A stretch of DNA of 64,000 nt from Macrostomum lignano (lineage: Eukaryota), in NCBI GenBank assembly GCA_002269645.1, contig NIVC01000771.1:1-64000 (forward strand), given 5' to 3'. The position numbers and the translations under genes were made by a program. Numbering within the stretch: position 1 is the first letter of the stretch; each line of letters starts with the position of its first letter. The notes beneath the pieces were generated by a model. The model was not told the origin of the DNA. It worked only from the letters and a program-made list of their open reading frames with translations, and searched no databases. Of this stretch, positions 38,601 to 51,629 are shown one piece after another.

Positions 38601-39740
38601 AGATGGTTAAGAGGGAGATGGGTGAGAGGGATATGAGTGAGAGGAAGATGGGTGAGAGGGAGATGGGTGAGAGGGATATAAGTGAGAGGGAGATAGGTGA
38701 GAGGGAGATGGGTGAGAGGAAGATGGGTGAGAGTGAGATGGGTGAGATGGAGATGGTTGAGAGGGAGATGGGTGAGAGGAAGATGGGTGAGAGGGAGATG
38801 GGTGAGAGGAAGATGGGTGAGAGGGAGATGGGTGAGAGGGATATGAGTGAGAGGAAGATGGGTGAGAGGGAGATGGGTGAGATGGAGATGGGTGAGACGG
38901 AGATGGGTGAGAGGAAGATGGGTGAGAGGGAGATGGGTGAGAGGAAGATGGGTGAGAGGGAGATGGGTGAGAGGGAGATGGGTGAGAGGAAGATGGGTGA
39001 GAGGGAGATGGGTGAGATGGAGATGGGTGAGAGGGGGTATGGGTAAGAGAGATATGAGTGAGAGGGAGATGGTTGAGAGGGATATGAGTGAGAGGGAGAT
39101 GTGTGAGAGGGAGATGGGTGAGAGGGAGATGGGTGAGAGGGAGATGGGTGAGAGGGAGATGGGTGAGAGAGATATGAGTGAGAGAGAGATGTGTGAGAGG
39201 GAGATGGGTAAGAGGGAGATGGGTGAGAGGGAGATGGGTGAGAGGAAGATGTTTGAGAGGGAGATGGGTGAGAGGTAGATGGGTGAGAGGGAGATGGGTG
39301 AGAGGAAGATGGGTGAGAGGGAGATGGGTGAGATGGAGATGGTTGAGAGGGGGTATGGGTGAGAGACACAAAATAGAGACAGAAAGATGGTTATGGAACA
39401 GGAGCAATGGCTGTGTGCATGAGATGCGGGTATGGGTTATGGCACATGAGTATAAAGCTATTTGAAGGATGGCTGTGTGAGTCAGGACCAACCACGCGTG
39501 TTCTGTGACGCACTGTTTCTAATGTTCAATAGGTTGTTGCTTTTGGCCTTCTTGGAGACAAAATATAAACAAAGTGGAACACCTGGTCAGTGAGCGAGCA
39601 TTTGCTACAAAATGCAAAAACTACTTGACAAGCCAGTTTTTTTAATAAGCTACTGGCAGAACAATGAAAGCGACGGAGAGGCGGACTCGAATGTGCAATA
39701 AAATAGAATTTTTACAGATTTGCAACAAAACACAAGCTGA

Positions 39741-39857
<117 letters not shown>

Positions 39858-41517
39858 GAGAGAGAGAGATGCAGAGAGAAGTGCACCGAAGAGACGCTGG
39901 AAAATTCCAGAACTGAGCGCCCACCCCCGATAGCCGAAGGCACGAATCAAGGCAGTGCAAGAGGTCTGTGACTCACTTTTGAGTAAAATAATCTGGCATA
40001 GCGAATCTTCAGGTGCAAACAAATTTCCGGAAAAATTCCATACAGCTCTTCTCTTTTACTTTAGGACAAGTGATATTCTTATGAGTACTATGAGTAGCTT
40101 ATTGTAAGCGATATTGTTTGCGGAGATTTGAAAGTATTTTTGGACTGGCAGACTATATCCGCGAGGGCCAAGAAGCGATGCATAAAGATCGATGGCAGCT
40201 GCTGTACCAGGTTTTCTTCACGCTTTTGGAGGTGTTGTGGGTGTCCGATCAGTATCGATATTGGCCCCTTCCATTAGCCGGCGGTCAACCCTGCTGTACC
40301 CACCCTACATCCCAGCCTGTCTTTCTCAGGTGGCTGATAAACAGAGCTTGTACATGCAGGTGAGAGACACACCGCTTTCGAGTGGCCCAGACTGCCCAAG
40401 AGCTGAGAGGTCAGTGAGCAGTTCTTTGTGGAGATGCTGAGAGACTCGAGGCTGCGAGCGCCCACCCCAAGTTTGAGGCAGTCCGAAGCGGGCAGCTGAG
40501 ACGATGAGGTGCAAAGGAGTTGCCAAGAAAGTCAGAATTTCATAAGAGCAGGCGGTCAGTACCGAGGCACAATGAGCTGCACAGAACCTCTGCAGTGAGG
40601 AGGCTGGCAGCTCTAAATGATAGGGTGATGAGGTGGGGCTGAGCTCGCATCCTCTAACAGCAGGCATTTGAATGTCAAATTTGAAGGCTTCTGTGCACTG
40701 GCTTCAGAGGTGCACTTTTGAACAAAAGACAAAATAGGCTCGACGGCTTCAGCCAATAACAGATGTCATTCACCTGCCACATTCCGCCTACATGACAGAG
40801 ACAAAGAGCCCAATAATGACTGTGAGGCTCGCACCTGAAAACCCGCAGTGCCGAATATCCAAGGCAGCGAATTTTACAGTCAACGAGAACGCACAGGCGC
40901 AATGCAAAGCAGTGAATGCTTTAAGCTGGGCAGGGTTGGCGCTCAAGCAGTTTGTCTCTGTGTCGCTGTGAGGCAGCCATCAACCCCCCCCCCCCAAAGC
41001 ATTCGCTGCGAGTCTTCTTTTGTCACGCGTTCGCAGGCTGCTGGCTCGGCCCTCAAGCCTCAGCTTCGCCATTGTCCTCTGGGCATTGAGCTCGGCTGGT
41101 CTGGAGCTGCTTGGACAGCTGGGGTCGGGGCGAGTAGAGGCTTTGTTTTTCCGCTCCGGTGTGAGCGCAAGTACAGCGCACAGCCCCAACCCCAGCCCTC
41201 AACTCATGGCTGGACGCCGCACAGATGAAGGAGAGACAGAAGGAGATGCAGAGGCCGCACAGAGGAAGGAGAGATAGGAGGAGATGCAGAGGCCGCACAC
41301 AGCAGCCCAGCTGCACACAGCGGTGCCTCATCAACTCTGCCCCATTGTCCAAAAGCCCTGCACAAATTTCACCAGCTGTGCACCTGATTGTTTCTTGATA
41401 TTTCTTGATTGCTCAATGTTATGTCCTAGAATATGTACTCTGGAGTATCACTAGCAATAAGCTTTCTTCGGGGCGCAAAAAAACACATTTTGTTAAGAAA
41501 CAATTCAAGAATCGCAT

Positions 41518-42955
41518 GGGAGATAGCAAGCATCCCCCAGATAGCAAGCATCCCCCAAATAGCAAGCATCCCCCAGAGAGCAAGCATCCCCCAGAGAGCA
41601 AGCATCCCCCAGAGAGCAAGCATCCCCCAGAGAGCAAGCATCCCCCAGATAGCAAGCATCCACCAGATAGCAAGCATCCCCCAGATAGCAAGCATCCCCC
41701 AGATAGCAAGCATCCCCCAGAGAGCAAGCATCCCCCAGAGAGCAAGCATCCCCAGATAGCAAGCATCCCCCAGATAGCAAGCATCCCCCAGATAGCAAGC
41801 ATCCACCAGATAGCAAGCATCCACCAGATAGCAAGCATCCCCCAGATAGCAAGCATCCCCCAGATAGCAAGCATCCCCCAGAGAGCAAGCATCCACCAGA
41901 TAGCAAGCACCCCCCAGATAGCAAGCATCCCCCAGAGAGCAAGCATCCCCCAGATAGCAAGCATCCCCCAGATAGCAAGCATCCCCCAGATAGCAAGCAT
42001 CCCCCAGATAGCAAGCATCCCCCAGATAGCAAGCATCCCCCAGATAGCAAGCACCCCCCAGATAGCAAGCATCCCCCAGAGAGCAAGCATCCCCCAGATA
42101 GCAAGCATCCCCCAGATAGCAAGCATCCCCCAGAGAGGAAGCATCCCCCAGATAGCAAGCATCCCCCAGAGAGCAAGCATCCCCCAGATAGCAAGCATCC
42201 ACCAGATAGCAAGCATCCCCCAGATAGCAAGCATCCCCCCAGATAGCAAGCATCCCCCCAGATAGCAAGCATCCCCCAGATAGCAAGCATCCCCCAGATA
42301 GCAAGCATCCCCCAGATAGCAAGCATCCCCCAGATAGCAAGCATCCCCCAGATAGCAAGCATCCACCAGATAGCAAGCACCCCCCAGATAGCAAGCATCC
42401 CCCAGATAGCAAGCATCCCCCAGATAGCAAGCATCCCCCAGATAGCAAGCATCCCCCAGATAGCAAGCATCCCCCAGATAGCAAGCATCCACCAGATAGC
42501 AAGCACCCCCCAGATAGCAAGCATCCCCCAGAGAGCAAGCATCCACCAGATAGCAAGCATCCCCCAGAGAGCAAGCATCCCCCAGATAGCAAGCATCCCC
42601 CAGATAGCAAGCATCCACCAGATAGCAAGCATCCACCAGATAGCAAGCACCCCTCAGATAGCAAGCATCCCCCAGAGAGCAAGCATCCACCAGATAGCAA
42701 GCATCCCCCAGAGAGCAAGCATCCCCCAGATAGCAAGCATCCCCCAGATAGCAAGCATCCACCAGATAGCAAGCACCCCCAGATAGCAAGCATCCCCCAG
42801 ATAGCAAGCATCCCCCAGATAGCAAGCATCCCCCAGATAGCAAGCATCCCCCAGATAGCAAGCATCCCCCAGATAGCAAGCATCCCCCAGATAGCAAGCA
42901 TCCCCCAGAGAGCAAGCATCCACCAGATAGCAAGCATCCCCCAGAGAGCAAGCGT
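41518..42955. repeat. 18-bp minisatellite (GATAGCAAGCATCCCCCA)n
   Basis: About 80 units; all long ORFs here are artefacts. Confidence 0.98.
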
Positions 42956-43426
42956 ATCCCTCATATTTTCCCTGAGAATTTTTCTGTACTTTTTCATAGT
43001 TTTTTGTGCAAGCTACTGTATTCCAGAAGCCTAGGACTAGGAGCAAAGGTAAGACTGTTTATCAGCAACAAACTGTAAAAACCCGCAGATTTTAAAGCCC
43101 GCTGATTTCTAATTCCCGAAACTATTTGTAAGCATACATTCTTAAATCTGAAGTGACACTCACAAAAACTTGTTAATAGCAGGGGTAGAATTAAACGAAA
43201 ATTAGAGTACCGATTACAACGAAGGTAGGGTTTTATGATGATTCCCGCAACATAGAAATTCTTGTATTAAGAAAATTTTATACTACAGTTGTTAGTGGTT
43301 TCCAGAATAAAACGCTTGAAAAACCCTGTGATTCCTTTTTGCATCACGTGAAAGTTTTTATTTAAAGTACTAGCAAGCAAAAAAATGCCTTGTTGGTTAG
43401 CAATCATTTTTACAACTATGTTTCAG

Positions 43427-44842
43427 CTGCGTGTCTATCCGTCTAAGTGGCTACCCGACCTAATTACTAACCGAAGAGGCCAGCTTCAATGGCCAGCATC
43501 TCCCAAAATCGAGTCTCCAAGCTCCAAAGCAACTCAAACAACAAAAGCGCTGCAGTCAACAGCTAATTTGATTCGTCTGGATCCAGCAGTTTGCAATGGA
43601 GCCAGCCATTGCGAGTTTTTACTTCACCGAGGCTCCCCGCTCTCCTTGTCCAGACAGCTGGCATTCCGAATCGCCTCTAAAGTTAAGGAGGCTTTCGTTG
43701 CCAGCACAGCCACTGTTTACGGACAGAAAAATCAGTTCCATCTCGCTCTGCCTGGTGGCCAGTCGGCCCAAATGCTGATGCAGTTTCTGGCAGCATTGTC
43801 AAGGGATGACGACACTTTAGCCAACGCTTTTGCTACCACTTTGCATATTTGGGTTACAGATGAGCGATGTGTTCATGATGGTGAGTGAATCCATTGTTTT
43901 GCATCACCTAATATTCTGATAGAGAAAGCTTTACTTAAACATTATGCATTCATTACTGAAACCAAACTCGGGTATGACTAAAAATAGCTAGTTTTCTTCT
44001 AGTTCATAGTCGCGCACTTTTAGTACTGTCCATGCATGTGTGGTAGCTCGTAATAAGCTTTTTCTTCTTTAATGGTTAACTTTTTTAAGTCTTAAGTCTA
44101 AGTGAAAGTTCTTGGTAAAAAAACTAGAAGTATGCAGCGTTCAAGTGCGTTACTTACTTGCGTATTTCAATGTATTGCGCTATTGATTATAAAAACAGTT
44201 TTTGATTTTGCATTGTCAGATCCCGGATCCGTCGCTCAAAACGAATCGCAACTCAACTCAGCCGTGATTGATCGAAACTTTCTGCAACAACTTCCTTCAG
44301 CTGCCCGATTGCCACTCAATCATCTTCACTTTCCACGGCTGCTCACTGCGGATGTCGCTGGCTGCAAAGCTGCTGCAGATGCTTATGCAAGTGAAGTGGA
44401 TCACTGGCTCAACTTCAGGAGTAATATTAGCGCCCTGCCACCTAGCTTTGACTTCGTTGTCCTTGGAGTTGGAACTGATGGGCATGCAGCATCGCTATTC
44501 TCACCGCATGATTTGGATAAATGGAACCACAGCATGCCCATCAGCTCTGCTAAAGACCAGCTATCGCAAGGATGTGAGCAATCAGCTCGCGTCACAAATT
44601 CACCGAAGGCGCCTTTCTTACGCATCAGTCTTTCCTCCTGTAGACTTGCGAGTTCTAGCGAAGTTGCTTTTATTTTAGTCAGCAAAGCTAAACAAGCTGC
44701 TATCGACCTGATTGCAAAGCCCAGAGAAACTGAATTGAAAACTCCAATTTACTTTCACCTGTTGCGTCTTGTTGGAAAGAAACGTGGCAGATTATGGGTT
44801 GACCATTCTTTGGATCTTAACAATATTGTTTTAGAAATATAG
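43427..44842 (+). CDS. H6PD: Hexose-6-phosphate dehydrogenase, last two exons (G6PD C-terminus, linker, 6-phosphogluconolactonase domain)
   Basis: Exon 43427-43880 (tttcag|LRVYP...QFHLALPGGQSA...HIWVTDERCVHD G|gtgagt, phase 1) and exon 44220-44842 (ttgtcag|DPGS...SFDFVVLGVGTDGHAASLF...RISLS...stop), matching 6PGL motifs LALSGG, DERCV, GxGxDGHxASLF. Confidence 0.9.
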
Positions 44843-45119
44843 TGATTTTTTTTTCTATTTTCCTCTGTGTGAAACCATTACTGTGTCTTTTATCTGAAAT
44901 GTAACAACCAAGTCTATAACCACTTGATTATCAACAGAGGAGTTCAGTTAATCCTGATTTGAGTTAGACTAGAAAACCCTTAAGTAAATTAGACACGTCA
45001 TAAATACTCGTAAATTCAAATAATAATAATAATAATATCACGCCCGTGCCGACCACACAAGTGGCCAAAAGGGTGGGCGCATCAAATCGCGCTTCTGGGC
45101 AATTGGATTCCGCCCGCCA

Positions 45120-45532
45120 AGCGCAGACTTGGACGCCACTCCGTACCCAGGAGACGCGGTGGCAGCGGCCGCTAGCCGCAGGCGCTTGGGCGTTGGCTCG
45201 CTCACGATGACGCTCCGCGCCAAGCTGCTGAACTTCAGCGCGTTGAAGGTCTCGTCGAACGGCGCCGGGCACTGGGAGATGTTGAAAATCATCGCCGCCT
45301 GCCCGCTGCCGGTGAAGTAGGGCTGCAGCAGGCGGGTGAGCTTCGAGTCCCGGAACGGCACCAGCATGGAGGCTCGGGGATTTCGCTGATTTCTCTGCAG
45401 AGTCTCAACGCAGCGGCTCAGGGTCAGCAGGCTGGAGTTGATGCTGCCGGCCTCTCGGGTGCGCTCGCCTGCCGTGCCGGCGTGGCGCTGCCGCTCCGAG
45501 CCGGCGAGGTCTCAGAAGGTCAGGCTGGACAC
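45120..45532 (-). pseudogene. Kinesin-6 pseudo-exon, copy 2 (3'-truncated)
   Basis: Same LTF*DLAGSER nonsense codon (45514-45512) and VPFRDSKLTRLLQPYF as copy 1. Confidence 0.88.
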
Positions 45533-46204
45533 CTGCGGGACGGCGGGGCACTGGGAGATGGGATGTGGGATCTGGGGGATGGTATGTTGGAGATGGGAAA
45601 TGAGATTTGGGGAGACGGGAGTACGATCTGGGTGATAGGAGATGGGATGGAGATCGGATTTGGGAGATTGGATCTCGGAGATGGGATCAGGGAGGTGGGA
45701 GATGGGAGAAGGCTATTATTAGTTTTTGGCATTTCACCTGCATCAATTTCGCAAGAAAATTTGCAGTCGCACACTGGCTGTTTTAAGTATCCACACACTG
45801 CAGTTCTGCTGTTATCTCGGAGCCAATAGCTAAAAGAACTGCAATTAGGGTAAGCAGGCAGGTGAGAAGAGCCTTGGTTTTCTCTGAGGCGTGTCAATGA
45901 GCAAACCAGCTTTTGTACCCCCGGGAGGGGTGGTTTTGCGCCTTTGTGCGTGCGCGGGGTTGGCGTGGGGGCTGTGCATTGTGTCGTTTTCTACCCTCCC
46001 TGTGCAGCGGCCCTCCCCCCGCCTGCTGAGAGATTTTATGCCCGGTTTCAAATTTTGCGGCTGTTGCTTCGCCTCTGTGTTCCTCTATGTGCTCGTGGTG
46101 TTCCTTTCGGACTGGGATAAAATCTGCTGCAGAGGCGGCCGCCGCCCTGCCGGACTCTCGGGCAGAGCTGACACACCTGCGACTGACGGACTGAGCTAGC
46201 AGTT

Positions 46205-49200
46205 ATGGCAGAGCGAGGGCCAATACCAATTCCTTACGATAAAGTAAGTAAAGTTTAAGTGAGCAAATACAAGCGTATTAATATTTGTAGGATAAATTAG
46301 TCGCGAAAACTCACTTACAATTTTGAACATGCAGCTTGCGTGCCTCAATTGCATTTGCATGAACTCACTCAGCCGGACCCCACGAACCGGAGAAGCGTCG
46401 AAGACTCACCAGCCGATCTCAGGAATTTCGCCCACAACGTCATCCGAGGTGACTTCGGCCAGGTGCGGCGGCTGGCAACGCGCCAGCTGGTCTCCAGCGC
46501 TGATGCAGCTCGTCGGACCGTCCTCATGCTGGTGGCCGACGCTCCTGAGACTCCCGTGCAGACTGAAAAGTGCATCTTGTACTTATTTGAGCTGGGCGCG
46601 AACCCCAAGGCGGCTGACGCGAACGGCGACACGGCTGCGCACCTGGCAGCCCGGCGGGACCACCTGCGGCTGCTGACGCTGCTGTCGTTCGATGATGCGA
46701 AGTGGCTGCGGAACAAAAACGGCGCCACTCCGCTGATGGAGGCGGCGCGGACTGGAAGCTGGAAATGCGCCAAGCACCTGCTGCACCTGCTCAGGCAGAG
46801 AAGGTTCAATGAGTGCCAGGAGCCCGGAAACTCGAAGAGGTCACGGCTGCTCGGACTGCAGGATCGCGAGGGTCGGATGGCGTCGGACCTGGCGAGGCTC
46901 AGCGGCCACTCAGAGCTGGCCAGCTACATCAAGCGGTGAGTGAGCAGTTCGCTGCTGTGTCCATCAAGCTTTGCAGCATTCGGCTGGGGTGGCCAGAGCT
47001 GCAGTCTCAGGCCAGCCAATCAGAGCCAGTCAGCTGAGCTTGTCTCTGTCTGACTGCTTGATGGGCGAGAGCTGTGATTGGCTGGCTGCCTCCCAGCCAA
47101 TGGGGTGCCGGTTTATCTCAGTCGAGAATGGAAGCTGTAGGGCCTCGGTGTGCTGTGAGAGTGTGTGGGTTGAGCTGCAGATGGAGAACTGGGAGGCTGT
47201 GCATGAGTGCTTTGTGAGCCATTGTGAGATGGAAGGAAACTCATGTTGCAGAAATGGAAAATGAGCTGCGTGTGAGAAGTCGGATGCGCTCTCGCCAATG
47301 CTGATTGTTGCAGAGATGCTGCAGTCCTCTTGGAAACTCCATCTGCGAGCAGCTCAGATAATCAGGAATTTCTGTTTACTTTATTTTCCTTAAAATTCTC
47401 TATATTGTTTTATATTTATAAAATTATATATTTGCGTTTATAGTTTTCGGATTTGAGAAAATTGCAAATTCGCTGCTCATTTTTGCTGTTGCAGAGAGAT
47501 GTGGCTGGTTGTGGATGCAGATGGCGAGATCTCCGGCCTGACAGACCAGGTGAGCGGCATCTGCGGTGCCGATGCGGCTGCAGCTGAGCAGCTGTGCTCA
47601 AATTTCCCGCTTGCCTTTGCAGGAGGAGGCGAATCTACGGAAACTGCAGCGGCTGGCCAAGGCGGGCGATTTGGCGGGGCTGCTGGAAGCGGCGATCCGC
47701 GGCAGCTGCGACCTGCCTGACAAATGGGGTCAAACCGCGTTGATGTGGGCAGCTCAGAACAGCTCGTGCAGTGATGAGGCTCTGTGGAAGCAGCTGGTAC
47801 AGCTGGGTGACCCCACCTGTGCGGATAGATCGGCTGACAGTTGCCTGCACCATGCAGCCGGGTCTGACAAATCTGCTGCAGCCTCCGCTCTGCTGGCTGC
47901 CGGAGCCTCCGCCAATGCCAGGGATCTGTGGAAATCCACGCCCCTTATGTGGGCAGCCGGCATTGCGCCCCCCGCCACCGCCGCCGCAGTCGGTCGGGTT
48001 CTGCTGGACTCAGGGGCGGATTGGAGCCTGAAGGACGTTGACGGCAAGACTGCGCTGGATTGGGCCACACATAATGGAAAGAGCGAACTGGCTGAGCTGC
48101 TGCGTGGGTGAGTTTCCATGACGACTGAGAATGTCTCTCTGACTTTGATTTATCATTGATAAACATTATGCTGTAATTTATGATTGAATATTGAGCAGCT
48201 GACTGCAGTTGCTCTGAGTGGGCATTTTTACATTTTTGTAGTTTAAATGGGCAGCAGACACTGACTGAGCTGCATTGAGTGAGTTTGCAGTGCAGTTTGA
48301 CTGCAGATTGCCAGTTGAATACAGTAGTAATACTTTAAATGCTAGCGATAGAGGCTATAGAGCGAACACACAGCAATAGCACAATTATGTATTAAAAACG
48401 GTAATTTTACCTTTAAATAGTCAAATTAAAGTTTGTATTCATAAAGGACTGAAATTATAAAGAAAATATACGGTCAATTTTTTAGATTTGAAGGAGTAAT
48501 CTACTTCGATGAGACTCTGTGAGTTCGCTACAGCACACAGCTACAGCACACAGCTACAGCACACAGCTACAGCACACAGCTACAGCACACAGCTACAGCA
48601 CACACAGCTACAGCACACACAGCTACAGCACACAGCTACAGCACACAGCTACAGCACACACAGTTACAGCACACAGCTACAGCACACACAGCTACATGTA
48701 CAGCACACACAGCTACAGCACACACAGCTATAGCACACACAGCTACAGCACACAGCTACAGCACACAGCTACAGCACACACAGCTACAGCACACACAGCT
48801 ACAGCACACAGCTACAGCACACACAGCTACATGTACAGCACACACAGCTACAGCACACACAGCTACAGCACACACACTTACAGCACACACAGCTACAGCA
48901 CACAGCTACAGCACACAGCTACAGCACACACAGCTACAGCACACAGCTACAGCACACACAGTTACAGCACACAGCTACAGCACACACAGCTACATGTACA
49001 GCACACACAGCTACAGCACACACACCTACAGCACACACACCTACAGCACACACAGCTACAGCACACACAGCTGCAGCACACACAGCTACAGCTCACACAG
49101 CTACAGCATGCAAATTATCCCTTCATTGTCTAAATTTGCATCCCCTCAGACCCGCAGGCCCCCCGTTCCGGGAGCGCTGGGACGCCGTTCGCTTAATCGG

Positions 49201-50130
49201 CCGCGGAGGCTTCGGCGAAGTCCACGAAGTTCTCACCGACATGGGCGTCACGTGCGCTGCAAAGACCCTCAGACTGCCTATGCAGCTCGGTGATGAGCTG
49301 ACCTCTGTGAGCTCAGAGATCCACAGAGCTGTCGAGAGCGAGAGAAACCTGTGCCGACTGCGGCATCCCAACATCGTCAGGTTCTTGCACATCGCTCAGC
49401 CGGAGCCCGCCACAGTCGTTGTGTTCATGGAGCTGCTGGACGGCCGAAGCTTGGAGAGGTTTATCGACAACAGGCCGCGGGACGAGCCAAAGATTCGAGA
49501 CTTCAGCGAGCAGGTGAGCATTGTGCATCCTTGATGCTCCTGTTCCATGTTCCCATGAATGATGACTGCTCACTGACCGACCGCTCGCAGATCTGCCGCG
49601 CACTGCTCTACCTGCACAGCCGGCAGCCGCCCGTGATCCACAGAGACATCAACTGCTCGAACATAATTGTTCGTGCTGACAACACGCGAATCAAGCTGAT
49701 CGACTTCGGCCTGTCAATCAAGCTGGAGCAGTCAGTCAGCCACATGTCAGCCTCTTCTCAGTCCTTGCCCAAAGGCACTCTGAACTTCATGGCGCCTGAG
49801 CTGCTCGGAGCGGGAGAGTCGGACAGCGTGCAGTACAGCAGAGAGTCGGACATCTGGGCGTTCGGCTGCTCGGTCTTCCAGATGGCGTCCGGCGCGAGGC
49901 CGTTCGCGAACGCCAAAAGCCTGTTAGAAATGGCCCAGCTGATCGACAGGAAGGGCGCCCACGCCCTGCCAGACGGCCGGTCCGCAGAGCTGAGGGATTT
50001 CTACAGCCGCTGCACCGCCAAGGACCGCAGGAGGAGAAAATCCGCACAGGAGCTGCTGGAGCACGAGTTCCTGACGGGTGGGAAGCTGAAACCGCGATTC
50101 CTGAGGTCGCTTTTCGGTGCAGGGCAATGA
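46205..50130 (+). CDS. Ankyrin-repeat Ser/Thr kinase, gene 2: ANK-A, ANK-B, kinase, 6 exons
   Basis: Exons 46205-46243, 46373-46935 (upstream ttgcag mutated to ttgcat; in-frame ctcag used), 47495-47549, 47623-48107, 49150-49513, 49591-50130, all phase-compatible. Catalytic loop HRDINCSN. Confidence 0.85.
48530..49105. repeat. CACAGCTACAGCA satellite (intron of gene 2)
   Basis: Same motif and intron position as in gene 1. Confidence 0.95.
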
Positions 50131-50742
50131 TAGAATCTGAGCTGGTTGTTGTTTCAACATCATTCAAATTCGTCATCCGCACCCAAACATTATCAGCACC
50201 CCAAACTCAATGTTCCCACTAAATGCGTCTGCTATTGATGTGATTCTGCAGAGTCCCGCTTGAATTTCAGCAAACCCTTTTTGCTTTGGTTAGCATAGAT
50301 TTGCGTTCACCAGCTGGTTGCTTTATGGTTTATTAGTACATTTTGCTTCCCTTGACCCAGATCGGTAAAACATAAAATGAAGTAAAATGAAGAACCTGCC
50401 AAATTCAAATATAAAATATTCATTTGTCACTATTCTTTCTAAATTTACTCTGCGATTGCGAGGGGCAAGAGGAGGGAGGGCAGTGCGAATGTCAGAGAGG
50501 CAGATGCTGACAATTCAGACTGACAGGTGGCTGATAAACAGCTGTTATACATGACCGCTTTCGAGTGGCCCGGACTGCCCAAGAGCTGAGATGTCACTGA
50601 GCAGTGCTTTGTAAGATGCTGAGAGACTCGAGGCTGAGCGCCCACCCCAAGCCTGAAACACTCCGAAACGGGCAGCTGAGACGATGAGGTGCAAAGGAGC
50701 TGCCAAGAAATTCAGCATTTCATGAGAGCAGAAGGCGGTCAG

Positions 50743-51629
50743 GGGGGTGTTTTTGTGTTGCTGACGCACGCTTGTAGATTTAATTGACAAGTTACAAGTA
50801 GATGGGCAATCAACTGTAGTCTATGGTCGAGCTTATTCCATGTAGTGACAAATTGACTGCATGATTTTATCTCCCCGCTAAGGTCTTCTTTGTTGTCCAA
50901 CTATACATTTCTTTAGATAAGCATGCCATTAACGAACGAAAACAAGCGACTTCTTTTATCTCTAGTTCGATATCATAAAAGCGTATTGTTTGGAGAATTT
51001 AGCGCCATTGTTACTAAGGTCAACATCAAAGTCGAAATTTATCCTTTCCTTGAATGTTCGGGGACGCTGAATTGGATCCTCCGCATCGGAATCTTCTGAA
51101 TCCGAATCGTAAAACATTTTTGCTCAATGCATGTGATATATGCTTTCAATCGATTACAAGCTTAAATAGCTCGTGGTTCACTACTCAACTTGTCACACAT
51201 GAATTTACTATGACACTAGTCAATATTAGATTCTATGCAACAAACCGCTTGTAGCGCGACTAGTCACTACACCTTTTCACGTTCAATTTTGAACAAAGTC
51301 CAGTTCTAAAAAACTAGCGGAAATTCAATTCAGACAATTCAGACTGGGGCAACAAAACCCAGTTCAAAACATTCTGCTACGGAAGCGAGGTTTAGCCATA
51401 GACAAAATTGTCCCCAGTCTGAATTGTCTGAATTGAATTTCCGCTAGTTTTTTTAGAACTGGACTTTGTTCAAAATTGAACGTGAAAAGGTGTACGAGCG
51501 TATTCACTTGTAGCTTGTCGCCTACTTGCAACTAGTCAAGTCTCTATGCAACATAAGTCACCATTCACTGTTCACTTGTCAAGCTTGTAGCTTGTAACTT
51601 GCGACTAATTAATTCTATGCAACACCCCC
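50743..51629. mobile_element. Non-autonomous PIF/Harbinger-like DNA element (degenerate)
   Basis: Termini GGGGGTGTT...AACACCCCC, 3-bp TSD CAG (50740-50742 / 51630-51632), shared subterminal CAAGTTACAAG; absent from the paralogous site near 40555. Confidence 0.55.
51270..51492. mobile_element. 223-bp MITE with ~80-bp TIRs and TA TSD
   Basis: TA|CACCTTTTCACGTTCAATTTTGAACAAAGTCCAGTTCTAAAAAACTAGCGGAAATTCAATTCAGACAATTCAGACTGGGG and its reverse complement ending ...CGTGAAAAGGTG|TA. Confidence 0.88.

Noticed and set aside
41405-43046. Long ORFs up to 523 aa
   Set aside because: Produced by the 18-bp minisatellite on both strands.
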